From: Promethearchaeota archaeon
Lineage (GTDB): Archaea > Asgardarchaeota > Thorarchaeia > Thorarchaeales > Thorarchaeaceae
Assembly (NCBI GenBank): GCA_027031765.1
Contig: JALVPN010000071.1
Location: 1 to 5,604 of the forward strand
DNA: 5,604 bases
Reading direction: 5' to 3'
Shown: positions 1 through 5,604 of the stretch, one piece after another
Layout of the letters: each line of letters begins with the position of its first letter
Numbering within the stretch: the stretch's first letter is position 1
Translations under genes and position numbers: made by a program
Notes under the pieces: generated by a model
The model's input: the letters and a program-made list of their open reading frames with translations, nothing else
What the model was told of the DNA's origin: nothing
The model's database searches: none

Positions 1-851
1 ACCATGACCAGGAGGATCAGGGCGACAAACACGGAACCGGCAAGGGGGTCGAGCCAGTCCGGTAGGTAAGTGCGGAACACATTCCTAGCAGACATCATGG
101 CCAGACAGAACAGCACGGATATCAGGCCGGCAACACCGCCGAGCAGGACCAGGAGTGGCACCATGGCGAGGGAGAAACTGAACGATGCCTCGAATGCAAA
201 GATGGGCTGCACGGTCATCGCGAGTGAGAACACAACGTATGACGTGATTGCTGCGAGTACCGTGGGTACGAAATAGCCGAGCTGGGCGTCACGCTTGTAC
301 GGCGCCTCTGTCGCGAACAGCGCACCTCCTAGAGGGGCCTTGTAGATACCCGCAGTCGCAGCAGCAGAGCCCATCATGAGGAACACCCGGACATGCACCG
401 GGTCTGTGTGCCCCAGACGCCGCGCAACAGCATTCCCCAATGCGGCACCAATGAGTACGGCAGGCCCCTCCCGGCCCACAGGGTTACCGGAACCAATGGA
501 GACCGACGTTGCGACCAGCTTCGTCACCGCAGTGCGGGGCCGCAGCTGGCCTGGTGCATGGGTCAACTCAATTGCCTTCGATATGCCGCTGCCCTCTATC
601 TCACGGATGCCAGCATACACGAGCAGGCTTGAGAACGCCCCGCCAATGAGAGGGGTCACGAACACGGGCAGTGCACCGAACGCAGTCGTCATCAGGTCTA
701 TGAGCATCTGGAAGGCGACCATGAACAGCCCACAGACGAGTCCGACGAGCAGGGCCGGCGGGATATACAGACGGTAGAACTCGCTGAAGTGGTCGTAGTG
801 GAACAGAATGCGCAGCGGTACATGGGACTGTACCTCTTCCTGTGGGCTCAC
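1..851 (-). CDS. ClC family chloride channel / Cl-/H+ antiporter, N-terminal ~283 aa (3' end lies outside the window)
   Basis: Manually translated minus frame, open from GTG at 851 to position 1, with an in-frame TGA upstream at 858-860. Sequence: MSPQEEVQSHVPLRILFHYDHFSEFYRLYIPPALLVGLVCGLFMVAF...EIEGSGISKAIELTHAPG...TKLVATSVSIGSGNPVGREGPAVLIGAALG...FLMMGSAAATAGIYKAPLGGALFATEAPYKRD...LLVLLGGVAGLISVLF. It contains the ClC signatures GSGI(P/S) (aa 87-91), G(K/R)EGP (aa 126-130) and APLGGALF..E. Absent from the ORF track because it has no stop inside the window. Confidence 0.96.
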   Translation of the reverse strand, partial: MSPQEEVQSHVPLRILFHYDHFSEFYRLYIPPALLVGLVCGLFMVAFQMLIDLMTTAFGALPVFVTPLIGGAFSSLLVYAGIREIEGSGISKAIELTHAPGQLRPRTAVTKLVATSVSIGSGNPVGREGPAVLIGAALGNAVARRLGHTDPVHVRVFLMMGSAAATAGIYKAPLGGALFATEAPYKRDAQLGYFVPTVLAAITSYVVFSLAMTVQPIFAFEASFSFSLAMVPLLVLLGGVAGLISVLFCLAMMSARNVFRTYLPDWLDPLAGSVFVALILLVM

Positions 852-857
852 CTGCGG

Positions 858-863
858 TCACCC
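858..863 (-). promoter_or_regulatory. Shine-Dalgarno-like site (GGGTGA) for the ClC gene
   Basis: Minus strand reads GGGTGA-CCGCAG-GTG. GGTGA is the core archaeal SD and lies 6 nt before the GTG start at 851. Confidence 0.55.
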
Positions 864-904
864 GTGAGGCATCATGTGGTCAGTCAATTACCGCACAGGC
901 ATGG

Positions 905-918
905 CATTAAGGTTTGTG
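905..918 (-). promoter_or_regulatory. Putative archaeal BRE-TATA promoter for ClC
   Basis: Minus strand reads CACAAA-CCTTAATG: an A-rich BRE-like element directly followed by a TTAAT box, ~55 nt upstream of the start. It is one of the few AT-rich patches in a GC-rich intergenic region. Confidence 0.45.
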
Positions 919-1039
919 ACACAACCGACCACCCCTCTGTGCCGGAGACATCCCGTCAGTGTATGGGGCCAGACAGCACGCGAGCAGTCTCACCCGGTGT
1001 GAGCTTACAGGTCACAGACCTATCTGCAGGGTGGGGCAT

Positions 1040-1081
1040 AGAGAGAAAGGAGGTGTGGGGCACTGTCTGGGGCCCCACATC
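1040..1081 (-). terminator. Putative hairpin plus pyrimidine-tract terminator downstream of the 1095-1580 ORF
   Basis: 1052-1061 (ggtgtggggc) and 1072-1081 (gccccacatc) form an inverted repeat with 9/10 complementary positions and a 10-nt loop. On the minus strand it is followed by TCCTTTCTCTCT, and it starts 14 nt after the TAG stop at 1095. Confidence 0.4.
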
Positions 1082-1094
1082 ACAACATGTGATA

Positions 1095-1580
1095 CTACCT
1101 GCGTAACCGGACAATGAGGATGACCGGTGCGACCGCCACTGCTGCCCCTACGCCACCCGCTGTGACGGGGAGCGCGGGAGAGAGGTGGTGGAGCGGTGTC
1201 GTACTGTCGAGTCCGGCAGTCGACTCGTTGGTCGTGGTCGTTGTAGTCCTTGTCGACGCAGTAGTAATGCTGGTGGTGCTGGTGGAACCCAGAACCCCAG
1301 AGTTGCCCAGCTCCACAGACCACATCTCGGAAACCGTGTAGTAGCCGTTGACATCACGTGCGTACGCCTTGAAGCAGACGACCTGTCCGGGTGAGAGGAC
1401 GCCAACGGAGTAGGTGTAGGCGTTCAATCCACATGGAGTGAGGGTCACGTTCCGCCAGGGCACAGTGTCGTCCGAGATGGAAACTATGGCCTCGGCCGCA
1501 CCATGGTGGAGGGGATTCAGTGTCGTGCCAACAGTCAGACCGGGTGGGCACAGTACACAACAGCCCGTTTGGCCCAGCAC
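1095..1580 (-). pseudogene. Probable C-terminal remnant of an archaeal cell-surface (glyco)protein: beta-sandwich-like domain, Thr/Ser-rich linker, TM anchor, RLRR tail; no signal peptide
   Basis: The ORF encodes AEAIVSISDDTVPWRNVTLTPCGLNAYTYSVGVLSPGQVVCFKAYARDVNGYYTVSEMWSVEL (alternating beta-strand pattern), then STSTTSITTASTRTTTTTTNESTAGLDSTT, then hydrophobic VTAGGVGAAVAVAPVILIV and RLRR*. It has N-glycosylation sequons NVT and NES. Two in-frame TAG stops (1587-1592) lie just upstream of the GTG, so no N-terminal signal can be added in frame. Confidence 0.6.
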
Positions 1581-1645
1581 TGTGGGCTACTAGGGACATG
1601 GCTGGCGGGACACCGGTATTGGACACTCGATCTGTGGGTGGTGCG

Positions 1646-2119
1646 TCACTTCACGACCAGGACGGGACAGCGGGAGCGGCGGATGACCCGTTCGGTGGAG
1701 CTGCCGAGGGAAACTGAGCGCCCCCCTGTTGCACCACTTGCACCCATGACTATCAGGTCGATGTCGTTTGCGCTTGCGACCTGGATTATCTTATCTGAAG
1801 GCAGGCCCCTCTCCACGAGCAGCTCGGCCTCGACCTCGGACTCTGACGCAAGGGCCTTGAACGACTCGAGGAGCTTGAGGCCCTGGGTGATGTATCTCTG
1901 TAGCACCATGTCCGCGTCCTCATTGATCATCGTCGCTATCTGCTGCACCATTCCGAGGTTCACGACGTGGAGCACTAGCAGTTTCGCCCCTGTGAGCCTG
2001 CACAGCTCGATTGCCACGGTGGCAGCCCGTCTGGAGAGGTCGCTGCCGTCTACGGGGAGGAGGACGCGTCGGAGGTCCTGGATGAGTCGGTTGTGGTCAG
2101 GGTGGAGTATGTCGTGCAT
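1646..2119 (-). CDS. Universal stress protein (UspA family, ATP-binding type), 157 aa
   Basis: Contains RRVLLPVDGS, LLVLHVV, GLPSDKII, DLIVMGASGATGGRSVSLGSSTERVIRRSRCPVLVVK. The G-2X-G-9X-G(S/T) ATP-binding motif is intact. The ORF track starts at a TTG (2125). The ATG at 2119 is preferred because it aligns without gaps to the neighbouring paralog. Confidence 0.96.
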   Translation of the reverse strand: MHDILHPDHNRLIQDLRRVLLPVDGSDLSRRAATVAIELCRLTGAKLLVLHVVNLGMVQQIATMINEDADMVLQRYITQGLKLLESFKALASESEVEAELLVERGLPSDKIIQVASANDIDLIVMGASGATGGRSVSLGSSTERVIRRSRCPVLVVK

Positions 2120-2140
2120 ATGCAAAGTACTCTCTGGACA

Positions 2141-2148
2141 CTGAAATA
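2141..2148 (-). promoter_or_regulatory. Possible TATA-like element for a leaderless transcript of the downstream usp
   Basis: Minus strand TATTTCAG at -29..-22 from ATG 2119, with no SD upstream of the ATG. The match to consensus is weak. Confidence 0.3.
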
Positions 2149-2178
2149 CGTTAGCATGACCGACCTGGACCGGCCCGG

Positions 2179-2652
2179 CTACTTTGCCACAATGACCGTA
2201 CAGTTGACCCCGGCAATCACCCGTTGAGTGCAGCTGCCCGTCCTAGGGACGTTGCCACCGGTAGCGCCCTTGGAGCCCAACACCACTATGTCGACCCCGG
2301 CCTTCTTCGCGATGCTGACAATCCTCTCGGAGGGCAGACCACGTTCCAAGACTGTTTCTACCTCGATGGAGTACTCCTCAGCCGCTCGTCTGTACCCCTC
2401 AAGTAGCTGTTGACCGCGCTCACAATAGCGTCTGAGCACTTCCTCTGCGTCCTCGTTGGCCATCGTTGCGAAGTGCTGGATGGCAGGTGTGGGCACCACG
2501 TGGAGTATGGTCAGCCGGCTCTCTGTCATCTCCGCGACCTCAAATGCCACCGTTGCGGCCCTTGCGGCACCAGCGCTGCCATCGACCGCTACGAGCACCT
2601 TCTGGGCCCGGCAGAACACGCGTCCCGGCTCACAGTAGACGATGTTTTCCAT
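2179..2652 (-). CDS. Universal stress protein (UspA family, ATP-binding type), 157 aa
   Basis: Contains MENIVYCEPGRVFCRAQKVLVAVDGS, LTILHVV, GLPSERIV, DIVVLGSKGATGGNVPRTGSCTQRVIAGVNCTVIVAK. The G-2X-G-9X-GS motif is intact. The ORF track extends this frame to 3087, but the extra 145 codons overlap the EamA gene in another frame and look non-coding. ATG 2652 matches the paralog's start. Confidence 0.95.
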   Translation of the reverse strand: MENIVYCEPGRVFCRAQKVLVAVDGSAGAARAATVAFEVAEMTESRLTILHVVPTPAIQHFATMANEDAEEVLRRYCERGQQLLEGYRRAAEEYSIEVETVLERGLPSERIVSIAKKAGVDIVVLGSKGATGGNVPRTGSCTQRVIAGVNCTVIVAK

Positions 2653-2672
2653 GCATTGAGTAAATGTGGCTC

Positions 2673-2690
2673 TTCTCAAAAGATTTGTTG
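2673..2690 (-). promoter_or_regulatory. Possible BRE/TATA-like element for a leaderless transcript of the upstream usp
   Basis: Minus strand CAACAAATC-TTTTGAGAA, with the T-run starting at -29 from ATG 2652. There is no SD, and the element is an AT-rich island. Confidence 0.35.
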
Positions 2691-2818
2691 TTCGACTGGG
2701 ACGCCCACATGACTGGAGGCTGACAACGGGGGCCGCCCCTTCGACCCCGAGCATATGGGGAACTGGCATGACGACGGGCGTGCGACAAGCCGTCCCCGAT
2801 ACGCCGCAGGGTGCGGTG

Positions 2819-3751
2819 TCAGGTCTGACGGTCGGGTGGAGTCCTGTCCGTACGTAGGTTGACGACGGAAATCCCCGAAACGACCAGCACGAGCCCCGCG
2901 ATGGATGTCCAGTACAGTGATCCACTGAGGACAAGCACTGAGAGGAGAGTGCCGAACACAAAGACCAGGTTGATGAACATGCTCGCCCTGGTCGCACCGA
3001 TGGTCTGGATGGCCCTGAAACAGAACAGGGACCCGAGAAAAGAGACCATGCAGCCCAAGAAGACAACATTGGCCCAGAACACGGCACTGTTCAGGGCTGG
3101 CAGGGCCCAGAAGCCCTCCACAGCTGCGCCCACACCGAAGAGCACCATCCCACCACGACACCACCGCCAGTGGCCTCAATGGGTTGACGTTGAGCGCATC
3201 ACCGACTTACCAAAGGAAGAGTACAGTCCCCACATCATCATTGCGCAGAGGATGAGGAGGTCTCCGAAGAGGTGGTCGGGTCTGAAGTCTATGAGCGACT
3301 GCAGACCAATCACAAAGACGACACCGGCGAAACTGAGCACGTAGCCTACGTACTGCCACCTCCTTGCCAGTCGTCCCCCATGGAACAGGTGGGCAAACAT
3401 ACTGACTACTACAGCGTTCACACCCGCGATGATGATCCCCTGCGCAGCAGTGGTAGAGGAAAGGCCCACAATGAAACAGACACCAGACCCAAAGACCCCA
3501 GTGGCTCCGAGTAGTAACGAGTGCCTGACGACACTGTCGGTACTAACACGCGGTGTCCGGAACCACGGTACGACGAGGGATAGGAACAGCAGTGTCACAC
3601 CAGGGGGCCTGAAGAAGCTGATTGTCATGGGTGGGACGAGGCCGACAAGAACTTCTGCGGACACCCAGCTACCGCCCCAGGACAGCACCGTCATGAGGAG
3701 GAGCAGGAGGCACCCGGTCACGTCAGGATCCGACACACCTTGAGGAGGCAC
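2819..3751 (-). pseudogene. EamA/RhaT (DMT superfamily) transporter, ~310 aa, interrupted by two compensating frameshifts (pseudogene or sequencing error)
   Basis: ORFs 3176-3751 and 2819-3148 are in the same frame and together give two EamA repeats (LSWGGSWVS...FFR..., LLGATGVFG, TTAAQG, MMWGLYS, IGATRASMFINL, IAGLVLVVSGISVVN). They are separated by TGA at 3176-3178. Removing one base at ~3184 and adding one at ~3149 restores ...MRSTSPIEATGGGVVVGMVLFGVGAAVE..., a continuous hydrophobic helix. The start is GTG 3751 or GTG 3736. Confidence 0.88.
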
Positions 3752-3986
3752 CCGACTGGGACTGTCCGGCCCTCAAGAGGTACTGTTATCACGGCCACGA
3801 CTACCAACTCTGCCGCCGGGAATGAAGAGGGGTGGGGGTCACGAATACGTGGGGCCCGCAATAGCACAGAAGTGTCAAGCTGCCACCCTGTGCCCGTGCT
3901 TCTGACAGGTCACACCCACAGACCCCCGCACGCACCCGCGTGGCTGGTCCTAGAAGGGTGCATGCTGGTCATGAGGAGGGCCGCGC

Positions 3987-3999
3987 CAACACTTAACAA
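3987..3999 (+). promoter_or_regulatory. Putative BRE-TATA promoter for the 4036 gene
   Basis: CAACA-CTTAACAA lies ~40 nt upstream of the TTG start and shares the CTTAA core seen upstream of ClC. Confidence 0.45.
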
Positions 4000-4021
4000 G
4001 GCCAACTGTACAGGAATGGCC

Positions 4022-4027
4022 GAGGTG
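4022..4027 (+). promoter_or_regulatory. Shine-Dalgarno site GAGGTG for the TTG start at 4036
   Basis: GAGGTG is followed 8 nt later by TTG. An in-frame TAA at 3994-3996, with no ATG in between, fixes this as the most upstream plausible start. Confidence 0.6.
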
Positions 4028-4035
4028 CAAAGGAG

Positions 4036-5427
4036 TTGGCACGCTCGGATCTTATCCACTACTTTGACAAGGGAAAATACCCTGAACACACAAAGGCCAC
4101 TGCGGGCCTGATAGTCGTGTTCGGGACGTTCTGTGGTCTCGGTGTGTACTCCCTCTGGAGCCTCTGGGCTGAGTATGGCACTGAGATCATGAATGCAATC
4201 GAGTCCATAGGACTGCCGGAGGTGCTGACATCAAACCTCTGGCTGATAGCCGGCCTGCTCGCAGTGCTGCTAGTACTGAGCCTCGCGATGGCCATCGGCG
4301 CAGCGAAGGTGGCAAAGAGTCTGGGTGGGACGCTGATATACATTGGCGCCATCCTCATCAACATCGTGACCTGGAGCGTGGTCGCCATCCCTGTGCTCAC
4401 TGGGGCCATGACCGTGTCCGAGGTCGTCACTGCGTGGCCTATCATGCTGCCCGGGCTGTTCACGCTCTTCATCACACTGCTCCTGTTCACAGCGTTCAGG
4501 AGCCGTGTCAGGAGGGCCGGGCGCATAGTCCAGCTCACAGGGCAGGTATGCATTGATGAGAAGGGCACATTTGTACCACCACTGGCAGCGATGTTGGGCA
4601 CGCTGCTGTCCGCACTCATGTTCGGCGCAATCGTCCTGAGGTTCATGCCGTCCGGTGTGTGGCTAGGGACAGAAACACTGACCCTTGAGAACGGCTGGCC
4701 AATAGGTGTTGCCGTAGTGCTCTACCTGTTCATGACCATCTTCTTCTACAACTTCGCATACGCCACAACATCCGCAATCGTCTACATCTACATGCGTGGT
4801 CGGGACCCATCACTGAGCGACGGTGTGAAGGCCTCGCTGGGAGTCCTCGGCGGACTCGTAGCCCTCAGCATCATGAGCGTGATAGTGACAATCATCCGGA
4901 TGATAATCCGCGCAATATCAAGGAAGAGTGGTGCCGGCGGACGCGTGGTCGGTTCCATAGCGGAGGGCACAATAGGCTGGGTCTGGGCCCTCATCAACTA
5001 CTTCACCATACCGGCCATGGTCGCTGAGAACCTCGGTGCCACGGACGGGATAAAGAGGAGCGCCGGTCTCGTGCGGCGGAACTTCGTCGATGTGATAATC
5101 AAGGAAACAGCGGTGCGGTGGGCGTTCATGGTGCTCGCATTCATGTTCTTCTTCGGCTTCGCCATTGCAGGATATGTCGTCGGGTACTACCTCAACTTCG
5201 GCTCGGCCAACGCAGTGATGATGGGGATAGTCTTCGCCATAGTGTTCTTGGTGTTCGCATCAGTCCCCAGTGCCCTCGTACTACGCACCTTTGACATCGT
5301 CTACATTACTCTGCTGTACGTGTTCATCCGCCAGAAGGCCGGCGAAATCACAGGCGAAACTGCAATCCCGAAGTCCATGGAGAGAGAGCTCTCAAGCGCC
5401 TACTCTGCAGCCCAGAAGGGCAGGTAG
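4036..5427 (+). CDS. Polytopic membrane protein (~10 TM, 463 aa), choline-transporter-like (CTL/SLC44/Pns1)-related with a DUF6159-like C-terminal region
   Basis: A long uninterrupted ORF with an SD. Hydrophobic segments lie at about aa 23-44, 68-90, 97-121, 134-154, 178-203, 221-253, 268-291, 313-329, 362-386 and 393-431. Motif-like stretches are FRSRVRRAGRIVQLTGQVCIDEKGTFVPP, YMRGRDPSLSDGVKASLGVLGGLVALSIMSVIVTIIRMII and WVWALINYFTIPAMVAENLGATDGIKRSAGLVRRN. The CDS itself is near certain. The family assignment comes from remembered motifs, not a search. Confidence 0.75.
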   Translation: MARSDLIHYFDKGKYPEHTKATAGLIVVFGTFCGLGVYSLWSLWAEYGTEIMNAIESIGLPEVLTSNLWLIAGLLAVLLVLSLAMAIGAAKVAKSLGGTLIYIGAILINIVTWSVVAIPVLTGAMTVSEVVTAWPIMLPGLFTLFITLLLFTAFRSRVRRAGRIVQLTGQVCIDEKGTFVPPLAAMLGTLLSALMFGAIVLRFMPSGVWLGTETLTLENGWPIGVAVVLYLFMTIFFYNFAYATTSAIVYIYMRGRDPSLSDGVKASLGVLGGLVALSIMSVIVTIIRMIIRAISRKSGAGGRVVGSIAEGTIGWVWALINYFTIPAMVAENLGATDGIKRSAGLVRRNFVDVIIKETAVRWAFMVLAFMFFFGFAIAGYVVGYYLNFGSANAVMMGIVFAIVFLVFASVPSALVLRTFDIVYITLLYVFIRQKAGEITGETAIPKSMERELSSAYSAAQKGR

Positions 5428-5604
5428 ACGGTGGTGCTCGCGGCGTGTGATGGCCCCATACGGGCTGTCACATGCCCCCACAAGGGATGTCGAGTGGGTC
5501 ACCACATCCAGACCAAAACACCTATCGCCTACCACGTACGCGCTGCGTCGGGAGGAACAGAGTTGGACGCTGTCCGAGCTGCATCGAATGCCCTTGATGC
5601 GGTC

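Noticed and set aside
376-777. Plus-strand ORFs 70-276, 376-777 and 393-632, and minus ORF 601-861
   Set aside because: Antisense or off-frame shadows of the ClC gene, with no recognisable motifs. Long stop-free shadows are expected at high GC.
1198-1290. Low-complexity GTC/GTG/GTT triplet run as a possible repeat array
   Set aside because: Fully explained by Thr/Ser codons of the linker on the minus strand. There is no fixed repeat-spacer structure, so it is not a CRISPR array.
1503-2144. 213-aa plus-strand ORF
   Set aside because: Antisense to a clear USP gene. The Ser/Arg-rich translation is typical of a reverse-strand shadow.
2653-3087. Apparent 145-aa N-terminal extension making a 302-aa USP fusion
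   Set aside because: It overlaps the EamA 3' half in another frame and has low-complexity S/C/R/P composition. The paralog alignment and the promoter-like element place the start at ATG 2652.
3176-3178. In-frame TGA in EamA as possible selenocysteine or readthrough
   Set aside because: The in-frame context (H*GHWRWCRGG) is not EamA-like, whereas the shifted frame gives a proper helix. DMT transporters are not known selenoproteins.
1007-3914. 10-mer ACAGGTCACA in two intergenic regions (1007-1016, 3905-3914)
   Set aside because: A 10-mer repeat is expected by chance at this window size, and it has no palindromic structure or consistent position relative to starts.
4059-4997. Minus-strand ORFs 4059-4646 and 4788-4997
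   Set aside because: Antisense shadows of the 463-aa membrane protein.
3732-5492. 16/20-nt inverted similarity between 3732-3751 (minus) and 5473-5492 (plus), both translating as MPPQG, flanking the CTL-like gene like terminal inverted repeats
   Set aside because: A rough estimate gives tens of such matches by chance in 5.6 kb. There is no transposase or target-site duplication.
5428-5604. Possible small ORF (ATG ~5472, ends ...CPSCIECP*) or the 3' end of a convergent gene
   Set aside because: Too short, with no SD or recognisable family. It cannot be supported without the flanking sequence.

Overview
A GC-rich (roughly 60% by eye) prokaryotic window, most likely archaeal. It shows TATA/BRE-like promoter elements, GGTGA/GAGGTG ribosome-binding sites and GTG/TTG starts. 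A Thr-rich/TM/RR surface-protein remnant suggests Asgard (Thorarchaeota-like) origin, which is inference only. The minus strand carries, from right to left: an EamA/DMT transporter broken by two compensating 1-nt indels (2819-3751); two tandem 157-aa universal stress proteins (2179-2652, 1646-2119); a signal-peptide-less C-terminal remnant of a surface protein (1095-1580); and a ClC chloride channel/antiporter that runs off the left edge (1-851) and is missing from the ORF track. The plus strand carries a divergently transcribed 463-aa protein with about 10 TM helices (4036-5427). Its topology and motifs resemble the eukaryotic choline-transporter-like (CTL/SLC44/Pns1) family, and its C-terminal two-thirds resemble prokaryotic DUF6159. 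This CTL-like gene is the most interesting element. No RNA genes, CRISPR arrays or mobile elements are evident.
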